A stretch of DNA of 64,000 nt from positions 1-64,000 of the IMG/VR virus record IMGVR_UViG_3300031949_000016. The stretch is one strand, 5' to 3'. The notes beneath the pieces are model-generated. The model was not told the origin of the DNA. It saw nothing but the letters and a program-made list of their open reading frames with translations, and made no database searches. Shown in pieces: positions 52,202 through 60,939 of the stretch; positions within the stretch are counted from its first letter, which is position 1, and every line of letters begins with the position of its first letter. Both the position numbers and the translations under genes were made by a program. The DNA comes from a virus. Lineage: Duplodnaviria > Caudoviricetes.

Positions 52202-52435
52202 CTACTGACTGCTCACCATCCCCCGCATCCTCAGCACATTCCGTTTGATACGCTCGAACTCCCGCGGATTCTCCCGTTGCAGTTTCTCAGCCACCGCCGG
52301 GTCCGACAACGCCGCGATCACCAGCTGTGCGCGCAATATCGGCGCGTGGTATCTTTCCTGAAACTCCGACTCCCACCGCGCCGCCTGCTGCTTCACATTC
52401 AATTCAATTTCCTCGACGTCGACAATCGTCAACAT
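52202..52435 (-). CDS. small helical hypothetical protein
   Basis: AAGGACGGGGA upstream; fits the operon. Confidence 0.55.
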   Translation of the reverse strand: MLTIVDVEEIELNVKQQAARWESEFQERYHAPILRAQLVIAALSDPAVAEKLQRENPREFERIKRNVLRMRGMVSSQ

Positions 52436-52480
52436 GGCGTCCCCGTCCTTACATCTGGCGCATCTGTGGACCGATTAGCC

Positions 52481-53332
52481 CTATCCACGATACCAAATCT
52501 TCTGTGGAACGTTCGGCTCCGGCGTCCCCGTCGGCGGCACGAACGGCCACGTCGCATCCTGCCGCATCCACTCCCCGGCCGGGCCCTGCCACTGCGGCAT
52601 CTGGAAAGCCTGTGCTGCATACTGCGGATAGAACCGCGCGAACTGATTCTTGAAGTAGCCAGGATTCTGGCCGATGTAGGCATACGCCTCCGCTGGCGCG
52701 TGTGCCTCCCCTCCCCAGATCTCCATCGCTGGCTTGATGCCCATGCCAGGGAAATACCTCGCGTCCGACTCTCGCACCGCCTGCTGAAATTCTGGGTTCG
52801 ACGACTGCGGATTGAGCGTATCGAAGTAGTGTGACAACTCGTGCGTGTAATCGTTCGTCGCCATCTCCTGCTTGAATGTGCCAGGCTGAAAATAGTCCGG
52901 GCGTTGCACCAACGTGTTCGCGTCCGGCGCATAAGCCATCCTTGCCCCCGGCAACTCGCGCGTCGTCGTCGGCAAATTCCATTGAGCGTACTCCGCCTGT
53001 GGCGTATAGGCCCCGCTCGCCATCAGCCGATAGCGTTGACCAAGGTTGCTGGTCTGCGGCGCCCGCTCCCCCAAGTACCGCATCGGATTATTCAGCAAGT
53101 CCCGCTGCAACACGCCGACCCGATTCCCCAGGTCAAGCAGTAAATTACCACCGGCCTGCTGTTGTGCGGGTATCTGTGCCGGCGGTTTCAACCTCGGAAC
53201 ATTATGGTCAGGCCGCGGCGCAGTCGCAGCAGAGGGAGGTGCAATCCGTGGCACCCCCGTCTCCTGCGGAATCGCTGCACTCAACGGCCGCTTCACCCGG
53301 TACACACTATTCTTGAAATCCTCGAAGGCCAT
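52481..53332 (-). CDS. putative internal virion protein with a HExxH zincin-like motif
   Basis: YTHELSHYFD followed by a downstream EAYAY; lies after the portal. Confidence 0.55.
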   Translation of the reverse strand: MAFEDFKNSVYRVKRPLSAAIPQETGVPRIAPPSAATAPRPDHNVPRLKPPAQIPAQQQAGGNLLLDLGNRVGVLQRDLLNNPMRYLGERAPQTSNLGQRYRLMASGAYTPQAEYAQWNLPTTTRELPGARMAYAPDANTLVQRPDYFQPGTFKQEMATNDYTHELSHYFDTLNPQSSNPEFQQAVRESDARYFPGMGIKPAMEIWGGEAHAPAEAYAYIGQNPGYFKNQFARFYPQYAAQAFQMPQWQGPAGEWMRQDATWPFVPPTGTPEPNVPQKIWYRG

Positions 53333-53372
53333 GACAACACCCCCAGTTACTAATCACCAATTACTAACCTCA

Positions 53373-55121
53373 CTACCCCTGTATCTGATTCGGCACAGGC
53401 CCCTGCATCGGCAGACCCGGCCCAACCTGTCCGCCCGGCGGATAAGCATTACTCGCCATCTCCGGCGTCACATACCCCTCTGGCCCCGGCGCTTGACCAT
53501 TACCTGGCATTGTCGGCCCGCCGCCTTGTGGTGGATTGCTTCCTGCTGCCTGCACCGCCTGCTGCACCTTCATTTGATCCTCCGCCTTCATCAGCTCGAT
53601 CAACCTCTGGAACTCCACATCCAGCCGGCGCTCCATCCACACATCCCGGTCCATCTGGCCGCTCTGCCCGATGTTCAAAATATTCTCGCGCACCCACCCG
53701 CGCGTCGCCAGTTGGCCGTTGACCAGCATCAGCGCCACGTTCGCCGCCTGCAAGCGGTCCTGCGGCAAGTCCGGCTCAATGCTCACGTTGATCACCATGT
53801 CGTCTGGTATATCGTCCGCGCTCAAATCAATCGATGACCGGTCCGCCTTGTAGAACTTCAGCCCCCGATCCTTGTCATTCTTCAACCACTGCATCGCCAT
53901 CACCATCATGTCACCGATCGCCTGACCCATCATTTCTTTATGAGCAACGAGCGGCAGCCGGCCGGCCTGCGCCAAAAGGCTGATAGAACTGAATGGCTGC
54001 GCCGTCTGAGGTGGAGCACCCAACGCCTGCGGCTGAATCGTCGACGCCTGGCCGATCCCGCGCGCCAGGTCGAGCGATGTCAATAGCGATTGATCGATGA
54101 TCTTCTCCGCGAACGGACTCAACTGCTCGTCCATGCCGAGATCCACCACCCCGCCCGGAATGGATCGGTCGATGATCATCGGCTCGCCCGGCCGGTTCGT
54201 CTTCCGCACCAGCAGCGGACTCGACCCCAGCGCGTACACCAGCGAATAGATCGTCGTCAGTGATAAATTCTCTCGATACCACAGTCCCGACTTGAGAAAT
54301 GAATACAACAGAGGAATGCGCTGCAACTCTGGCTTATCGTAGTCGAACAAAAACGACCCGTCCGTCACCGTCGCCACGTAGGGGATGAACTCTAACTCGT
54401 GCTCCTCCAGCAATATCTCCCGGCCTTCCTCCACCCACACCGCCCGCCGTTCCCAATCGTAGTAGTCGCACACCGTCACCATCTGATTCCGGTCCGTCAA
54501 TGGACCCATCGCATCCTCGGCCAGCGACCCCCACGAATCCAGCACCTCGCCCCACGTCGTCCGCAGTCGTGTGACAATCCTCGCCAGCCCGAACCGGTCG
54601 AAGTCCGGGTAGCACTTCGACGGATCCATGAACTTGAACAGATACGGCGTCTTCCGCGCCACCGCCCGCATCCGATTGATTGACCCCCTCAACTTCGCTT
54701 GCTCCGCGTACTTCACCAGCTCACTCGTCTTCGTCACGGATCCGCAGATCTCTCCGAACAAGATCGCCGATGTCGCCGCCTCGTAGTGCTGCGGCTTGCT
54801 CACCACCCGCCCGCTGCCGTCCCACATGGCCCGCGCCGCCACCTCGATCTTGTCGCTGGCTCCCTTAGCCGCGTCGTCGTTCTGGTCATACGGCACGCTC
54901 ACCTGTGGCGACGTTGCCGTCAGCAGCCGGATCGCGCCGATGGCCGCGTTGTGCGCGCTCGGACTCATCGTTTTCTTGATCCACTTCGCCTCCGGCACAT
55001 TCTGGATCCACTCCATGTGGAATGCCCGCCGGATGTCCTGGTTAAACGCATCGCGCGCCGTGTGCCGGCTCACCAACTGCGTCGCCACACTTTGCGCATC
55101 CTCTATCCTGAAATCGCTCAT
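53373..55121 (-). CDS. portal (head-tail connector) protein, podovirus-like
   Basis: 582 aa with a helical core and P/Q/G-rich C-terminus; first gene of the late operon. The call rests on position and general motif pattern. Confidence 0.7.
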   Translation of the reverse strand: MSDFRIEDAQSVATQLVSRHTARDAFNQDIRRAFHMEWIQNVPEAKWIKKTMSPSAHNAAIGAIRLLTATSPQVSVPYDQNDDAAKGASDKIEVAARAMWDGSGRVVSKPQHYEAATSAILFGEICGSVTKTSELVKYAEQAKLRGSINRMRAVARKTPYLFKFMDPSKCYPDFDRFGLARIVTRLRTTWGEVLDSWGSLAEDAMGPLTDRNQMVTVCDYYDWERRAVWVEEGREILLEEHELEFIPYVATVTDGSFLFDYDKPELQRIPLLYSFLKSGLWYRENLSLTTIYSLVYALGSSPLLVRKTNRPGEPMIIDRSIPGGVVDLGMDEQLSPFAEKIIDQSLLTSLDLARGIGQASTIQPQALGAPPQTAQPFSSISLLAQAGRLPLVAHKEMMGQAIGDMMVMAMQWLKNDKDRGLKFYKADRSSIDLSADDIPDDMVINVSIEPDLPQDRLQAANVALMLVNGQLATRGWVRENILNIGQSGQMDRDVWMERRLDVEFQRLIELMKAEDQMKVQQAVQAAGSNPPQGGGPTMPGNGQAPGPEGYVTPEMASNAYPPGGQVGPGLPMQGPVPNQIQG

Positions 55122-55204
55122 ATCTCATCCTGTCATTCCAGAATGCCTCTATCGGGAATCCAGTCCCCCCCGTCCTACCGAAGCATCGGCATCCCCTGCC
55201 GACG

Positions 55205-55277
55205 GAAACGAAACGCGCCGACTGTAGGGGCAACTCTTGCAGTTGCCACAGTCGGCGCGTTGTTATCCGTTCGCCGT
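55205..55277 (-). ncRNA. conserved leader hairpin motif, copy upstream of the portal
   Basis: ACGGCGAACGGATAACAACGCGCCGAC-[GGCAAC..GTTGCC]-GTCGGCGCGTTTCGTTTC. Confidence 0.6.
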
Positions 55278-55342
55278 CTATCTCAAAGCCGTGAAAGACC
55301 GACGGAAAAAGCGTCCCTCTCTATGCCGTTTCCACATCCCTA

Positions 55343-55373
55343 TCCTACCATAACACCGTCACCAAAGTCAACT
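55343..55373 (-). promoter_or_regulatory. candidate late-operon promoter
   Basis: Minus strand TTGACT-N18-TAGGAT with TGn extension. It shares TTGACTTTG with the promoter at ~20693. Confidence 0.45.
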
Positions 55374-55511
55374 GACCTATCGGACATTCTCGCCTACTTT
55401 AACTCTGTGCAATATTGAATGACGAAGTTCAGGATGTTTCTTCAGGCAGTTCGGTCCGAGTGGTCGTGATCGTCATGGTTAATCCTCGTTTCAGTGATGC
55501 GATTACGCTTT

Positions 55512-55639
55512 ACTTGTCTACTCGTCTAAACCTGTCTAAAACCTGTCTGGTAGATTGGTCAAACCTGTCTACTCTCTCTCTCCCTTTAGGGAGAGAGTAG
55601 ACAGGTTTGACAGGTGCCTTTCGATAGGCAACCTGTCTA
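55512..55639. repeat. AACCTGTCTA iterons plus a 20-bp perfect inverted repeat (origin or pac candidate)
   Basis: Arms 55559-55578 and 55591-55610; direct copies at 55529, 55540, 55562 and 55630. Confidence 0.7.
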
Positions 55640-55817
55640 AGGATTATTTTCGCCTCGGGTAAGTCCGTACACCACGCATCAACCAATAGAGAGCGCCAAA
55701 GATTGGCCCAGCCCAGCCGATGCCGTTAGGGATTAGACCAGCAACGACCAGAATATTCATGACAATCGCGTCACCAACCGTATTGATCATCTCCAATCTC
55801 CAATCTCTAATCTCTAA

Positions 55818-56054
55818 TTACTTTTTCCCCTCAACCTCTCCCCCCCCCACCGCGCCGTCCCGCGCCGCTGCCGCAATCGCCTCAATGATTTCTTGCGAGT
55901 TCCTGTCCAGCCATGCCGCTATTTCCGTATGGACGGCTTCTCTGATTTCAATCGTCATTGGCCACCCGCGCTCGGCATCCTTCGCCAGCAGGTATCTGGC
56001 AATTCCATCCGAAACCGCATCATCTGAGAAGTCAACTTCATTCTGGTAGTTCAT
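55818..56054 (-). CDS. small hypothetical protein
   Basis: 78 aa, GGAG upstream; its tail (GGGEVEGKK) resembles the end of the upstream gene. Confidence 0.5.
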   Translation of the reverse strand: MNYQNEVDFSDDAVSDGIARYLLAKDAERGWPMTIEIREAVHTEIAAWLDRNSQEIIEAIAAAARDGAVGGGEVEGKK

Positions 56055-56070
56055 CTCCAATCTCCAATCT

Positions 56071-57504
56071 CTAATTACTTTTCCCCCTCAACCTATCCCC
56101 CACCCACCGCGCCGTACCCTTCCGCACCGTCCAACCCCGCGCATCCCACCGTGCAAGAATGTCCCGCAACTGCGGCTCCGTCATCGCCTGCGGAACGGCC
56201 TTCACGAACCGCGCCATCAACTTCGTGTAGTTCAGCGACCCGCCCATCTCCTCCACGGCGAACCGCACTACCTCCACCTCAATCGGCGTCAGGTCCCCGC
56301 CGCCCATCGCCGGCCCCGCCGTCCCATCCATCAATGTCCGCAGCCGATCGGCCCCGATGCGGTAAGTCTGGATCTCAACCGGCTCACCATCCAGCCTAAG
56401 ATAGCCCCGCCCCGGCTGTGCAATCGCCGTCGCCTTGCGCGCATACGCCCGGCTCATCAGCACCGACTGTCCGACATATTCATCTCCCACGCGCAGGCAC
56501 AAACGCGTCCCGAACGTCGAAGACAACGCTCGCTCGATCTCGCGCGCCTGCCAGTTGTGAGCGATGACGACGCTCATCAATCCATACTTCCGTCCCATCC
56601 GATTCAGATCAGCCAGCGCCGAATCCAGTTCCCCGCCGAAACTCAGGTACTCATCGATCGCCAACAGGATTCCATTCAGCGGCTCGCCGGCCTTCCACTT
56701 GTTGTACTGCTCTATGTCTTCAGGAGGAATACCGCCGTTCTTATCGACCGCAGCCTCTCGGAACAGCATCGCCCGCCGGTCGAACTCCGCATGGATCGTG
56801 CGGATGATGTCAGCGAAGTCATCCACCGACTGCCCGATGCGCTTCACCTGTGGCACCTGCCCCCACAACTCAGGGATGAACGTGTTGCCGGCCATCGGCT
56901 GCACCAGGTACAAATCGTACCCCTGCCCCACTGCCTGGTAAGCCAGCAACTGCCCGATGTTCGATTTGCCGTAGCCCTGCAATCCGCCAACCATCAGCGT
57001 CTTCAATTCCTTGCGCGTCAGCGCCAGCGACCCGGCCTTCGTCTCCCCCAGCAGGAACTTCCCCTCTGGCAATGTCGCCGGCAACTCGACCTCGTTCGGC
57101 AGTTCCAATTTCTTCGACGGCCTCATCACCACCAGATACGCGACCAGCGTCTCGGCAATGTCCCCCGATTCTCCGCCGATCGCGCTCATCAGCACGTCCA
57201 CCACCTCAGTCGGCACGACCTTGACCGGCCGCTTCAACTGGACCATCAGCCGCTCCGCCACGATCGGCGCCCGCATCTGCTCCAGCGACACATGATGCAG
57301 ACGTTGTGGATCGACGACAAGCACAACGAACTGATCAGCGACGTTGATCGCCGCGCCGATCCTGGGCGTGAACGGGCTGCCGTCCTGGTTGACGTGGCTC
57401 AACCCGCGCACCTGCATGAACGCATAGCACGCATTGCGCGCCATGTCCATCAGGTTGCTCTCAGTTACCGCCGCCAGTCCGCTCACTCCCCGCCCGCTTT
57501 CCAT
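56071..57504 (-). CDS. FtsK/SpoIIIE-family ATPase with C-terminal winged-helix-like domain
   Basis: Walker A GGLQGYGKS, Walker B LLAIDEY, GRKYGL.VVIA, RLCLRV and PGRGYL. Confidence 0.8.
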   Translation of the reverse strand: MESGRGVSGLAAVTESNLMDMARNACYAFMQVRGLSHVNQDGSPFTPRIGAAINVADQFVVLVVDPQRLHHVSLEQMRAPIVAERLMVQLKRPVKVVPTEVVDVLMSAIGGESGDIAETLVAYLVVMRPSKKLELPNEVELPATLPEGKFLLGETKAGSLALTRKELKTLMVGGLQGYGKSNIGQLLAYQAVGQGYDLYLVQPMAGNTFIPELWGQVPQVKRIGQSVDDFADIIRTIHAEFDRRAMLFREAAVDKNGGIPPEDIEQYNKWKAGEPLNGILLAIDEYLSFGGELDSALADLNRMGRKYGLMSVVIAHNWQAREIERALSSTFGTRLCLRVGDEYVGQSVLMSRAYARKATAIAQPGRGYLRLDGEPVEIQTYRIGADRLRTLMDGTAGPAMGGGDLTPIEVEVVRFAVEEMGGSLNYTKLMARFVKAVPQAMTEPQLRDILARWDARGWTVRKGTARWVGDRLRGKSN

Positions 57505-57671
57505 AGTGATGCAGCAATCGGCTTCGTCTTACCCCAAACAATCTCATCCTCTTCATACTTCCGGTTACAGCACCGACAGACAATCAACAGGCCACTGATC
57601 TCCAAATCCAGACCAACCAACTCGTCGCCACAAATCGGGCAGTAGGCCCTCTCTTCTGCTATCATTGTCAT
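57483..57671 (-). CDS. small Zn-ribbon protein
   Basis: CPICG...CRCC; GGAGG RBS. Confidence 0.55.
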   Translation of the reverse strand: MTMIAEERAYCPICGDELVGLDLEISGLLIVCRCCNRKYEEDEIVWGKTKPIAASLWKAGGE

Positions 57672-57795
57672 CCCTCCGCCACATCCCGCAGCATCTCCAC
57701 CACCTACCCAAACAGACGACAAACCAGCATCACGATAAACGCTACAATGACAATCACGCCAATGGTTTTAATCGTCAAAGTGTCGTTATCCATCG

Positions 57796-58674
57796 TCACC
57801 CCTCCGCCACATCTTGCAGCATCTCCACCAGCCGCCGATCATCCACCGCCCCGACGAGCACGCCATCCTGGTCGATCACCGGCTCATGCTCAGCCTGAAC
57901 CGGCAACCGCTCAATGATCACCGGCTTCCATTTATGCACAACATACACCAGCGCCAGCACCATAGCCGACATGACCACCGTCGCACTGATCAACGCGACT
58001 TGTAATTTAACATTCGCGCTGTTCGCCTCGAGGCTCTGCGACTGCACGACCGACAACTGTGGCGTCAACGCCGCGATCTGCTGGTCCCGCTCGATGATCG
58101 TTCGCTCCATCCCATTGATCTTCGCCGACATCACCAGCCGGAAAGCGCCGAAGCCCGTCACCGCACTCTCGTACTTCTGCGTTGCTGACTCGGCCAATTG
58201 CTGCGCGTGCTGGGCATCGCCGGCGATCTGCGTGTAGTCGCGCAGCGCAGCCAGTGCATCACGCTGAGCCTGTCCCGACAACACTGTCGCATCATTGGCC
58301 GCTTGCCTGGCTGCCGCCACATCCACCCGATCGGCGCTCGCCCGTGCCGCTTCTGCCGCCGCATTAGCCGCCGCCGCCTGAGCCTGCACTGCCTGGGCGC
58401 GAATGATTTGATTCTGGATCGCACTCAATGCAGCCTGGGCCGCACTCGTCGCCGCTTGCGCCTCAGCCTGCGCAGCCGCGGCTTGCTGCTCGTAAACCCG
58501 CGATTGTGCCCGCAGCGCATCGATCATCTCACTCGTGATCCTCGTCGGATCCGGCGTCGGCTGAACCTGTGGCACGACCGGCCCATCCTGAGCCGACGTG
58601 CTCAGCACCGACAACGCCATCACCACAACGACGATCGTCAACCCCACTGCCGATACCCGCATGATCTTATTCAT
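57796..58674 (-). CDS. membrane-anchored coiled-coil protein (N-terminal signal, C-terminal TM)
   Basis: Hydrophobic N-terminus, long A/Q-rich helix and a second TM near the C-terminus. Confidence 0.7.
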   Translation of the reverse strand: MNKIMRVSAVGLTIVVVVMALSVLSTSAQDGPVVPQVQPTPDPTRITSEMIDALRAQSRVYEQQAAAAQAEAQAATSAAQAALSAIQNQIIRAQAVQAQAAAANAAAEAARASADRVDVAAARQAANDATVLSGQAQRDALAALRDYTQIAGDAQHAQQLAESATQKYESAVTGFGAFRLVMSAKINGMERTIIERDQQIAALTPQLSVVQSQSLEANSANVKLQVALISATVVMSAMVLALVYVVHKWKPVIIERLPVQAEHEPVIDQDGVLVGAVDDRRLVEMLQDVAEG

Positions 58675-59632
58675 TAGCGATAGCCTCCAATGCCCTAAAC
58701 GCTTCCGTGTCCCGGCCGATCGTCAGCAACTTCGGCTGCTCGCCCTCAAACAGATTCATCATCCGACCAACACCGCCAGCCATCGCCCGCGCCACATCAG
58801 GCGCACGAGTCGCCGCATTCGCCAGTTGGCTTACCATCGACAACTGCGTCAGCGCATTCTCCCCAACCGGCGTTGAGTGCGTCACCCGGCCGGCCATGAT
58901 CTCACGATACGTCTTCACGAGATCGAACGGCTGTGCATTCGCGCGCTGCTCCTCCGGCATCCTATTGATTGCGTCACGCATCAGAGCAAACAACATGAAC
59001 TTCTCGGCCAGCGTCAACCGATCCGAGCGCGTCACCACCGGCACTCCGCTGCTTGCGTCGTACACCTCGCCCCCGCGCACGATCAACGCCCGGCCGTTCG
59101 CATCCGTCACCAGCGTCGTCCGGTTCACGGCATAGCGATTCAGCGCCATCGCCCCCACCACGCCGACAAACGCCAGGCCAATGATGAAGATCGAGAAACC
59201 GACGTTCAGCGACGTGGCGCCGATCGTCGACGCGCGCTTGTTGAAAGCGTCCGTCTCCACGTCGCTGATCTGGCGCGTGTTCTCAGCCCGAGCCGCGCCG
59301 ATGCTCATCTCATTCCGAGACAGAGCATTCCCAATCGCCAGCGTCTTACTCACTTCGATCGTCATCACGTCGGCCTGATAGCGCAGCGCCTGCCGGTTGC
59401 CATCCTCCCGGATCCGCTGCTCGTTCGTGGCCAATATACTCGCAGCGTCCGCCGTCGCCTGCGCGTGTCCCACCACGTCCGCCCGAATAGAAGCCTCGGT
59501 CGCCGCCGGCACCGCCATCATACGAGCCGCATCCGCCGCCGCCCGATCCGCCGGCGAGCCGATCACGCTCGGCGCAATCGCCAGGCCAATCACCACCGCA
59601 ATCACCATGAGTACGATCACCGCTGCGTTCAT
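58667..59632 (-). CDS. two-TM membrane protein (start MNAAVI)
   Basis: Two hydrophobic segments; GGGAG RBS; promoter TTGACT-17-TAGGTT at ~59712. Confidence 0.65.
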   Translation of the reverse strand: MNAAVIVLMVIAVVIGLAIAPSVIGSPADRAAADAARMMAVPAATEASIRADVVGHAQATADAASILATNEQRIREDGNRQALRYQADVMTIEVSKTLAIGNALSRNEMSIGAARAENTRQISDVETDAFNKRASTIGATSLNVGFSIFIIGLAFVGVVGAMALNRYAVNRTTLVTDANGRALIVRGGEVYDASSGVPVVTRSDRLTLAEKFMLFALMRDAINRMPEEQRANAQPFDLVKTYREIMAGRVTHSTPVGENALTQLSMVSQLANAATRAPDVARAMAGGVGRMMNLFEGEQPKLLTIGRDTEAFRALEAIANE

Positions 59633-59923
59633 GTCACTCACTCCCGTTGATTGTGGATACTCTATCACGCAGACTATCATCTACAAACCTAGTAGTTCCA
59701 TGCCTGAAAGTCAAGCAACAAGAGTCCCATCGTTTAAGCATATCGCGCAGCCGTGGTTCTGTCATCGCCTGCGGAACAGATTTTGTAAGCCCCGTTGCAT
59801 TTGATAACGTATAGATAGTTACTCATATCGTCAAGTCCCTCGATTGGAGAAGTTTGGAAGCGTTTGGACTCATTGGAGCGTTTGGAGTTTGGAATCAAAA
59901 CCGCCCCAAACGCCGAACCAGTG

Positions 59924-60400
59924 TCAGCACTTCTTCCCGCACACCGGACAATTGATCCACGTGATGCGCTTCAACTCAAATGTGCCATGCTCACCGCACA
60001 CCCGCCACAGTCGGATCACCATCGGAGAATTGATCGTCACGCTCACGCCGATCGTCTCACCGGTCAGCTGATGCACCCGATCCGTCAGCACCCTCGCAAC
60101 ACCGGCCCGGTGCTGGCTCTGCATCCGCTTCCGGCCGGACGACATCAGCGACAGATACGATTTGCTGTACGGGTAGTCACGCGCGCATTCCGGCGTCGCT
60201 GCCAGCGCCGCGCCGAACTCTTGGAACGTCATTCCCGACCATTCGATCGCGTCCTTCAGCGATCGGCACGCCCGCAACGTCGGCCCGACCTCGTGAAACA
60301 TTAGTAAACGCGATGCCTGCCCGTGCACCACTATCTCAGGCTCAGCATCGTGGTTTCTCGGACTTTGCTTTGTATTCTGTATTTTGCCTTTTGCGCTCAT
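59924..60400 (-). CDS. HTH-like + Zn-ribbon protein (start MSAKGK)
   Basis: YSKSYLSLM helix and CGEHG...CPVCG; TGGTATAAT extended -10 and GAGG RBS upstream. Confidence 0.55.
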   Translation of the reverse strand: MSAKGKIQNTKQSPRNHDAEPEIVVHGQASRLLMFHEVGPTLRACRSLKDAIEWSGMTFQEFGAALAATPECARDYPYSKSYLSLMSSGRKRMQSQHRAGVARVLTDRVHQLTGETIGVSVTINSPMVIRLWRVCGEHGTFELKRITWINCPVCGKKC

Positions 60401-60463
60401 TGGGAACCTCACAGCGCAATTATACCACAATTGCTACCCCGCGTTACATTACAAACTCTAACT

Positions 60464-60685
60464 CTAACTCTCTACTAACTTCTTCGGCCCCCGCTTCGCC
60501 CCGGCCGCCGACGCCTCCCGCATGTACTCCGCCAGGCTTTCCCGATCCACCTGCCACACCGCCCCGAACCGCTGCCCCCGCAGCCAGCCCGAGCGCAACA
60601 GCCGGCGGATATGATACAACGAATACCCGCTCAGCTCCGCCGCCTCCCCCGTCGTGATCCACATTCCGACTTCCGCATTCTCCAT
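60464..60685 (-). CDS. excisionase-like HTH_17 DNA-binding protein
   Basis: WITTGEAAELSGYS..HIRRLLRSG.L.G.RFG.VWQV.RESL. Confidence 0.8.
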   Translation of the reverse strand: MENAEVGMWITTGEAAELSGYSLYHIRRLLRSGWLRGQRFGAVWQVDRESLAEYMREASAAGAKRGPKKLVES

Positions 60686-60856
60686 TCTCATTGCCCTCTC
60701 TCGTTGCATTCTCCATTCTATTATATCACCGCCGTCAACTCTCGCTCGCGCCCGCTATCCGTTTGTCCGATTCCATCCGTTGCCCTTTTTAGATGTCCAC
60801 TTCGTCACGCGCCATTACACGGTAGCGTTTTGATCCTTAAATCATTTGAAAAACTA

Positions 60857-60885
60857 TTGACACGGTATGACCTTAGTGATACTAT
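60857..60885 (+). promoter_or_regulatory. sigma70 promoter for the helicase operon
   Basis: TTGACA (60857-62), 17-bp spacer, TACTAT (60880-85) with TGn extension. Confidence 0.75.
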
Positions 60886-60939
60886 AAGCATACCGGCGCA
60901 AGTGCGCCGACATTCACCGGCAAGTGCCAGGAGAAAACA

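Noticed and set aside
60464-60685. Excisionase-like gene as evidence of an integration module or prophage boundary
   Set aside because: No integrase, att duplication or host genes are visible. HTH_17 proteins are also general phage regulators.
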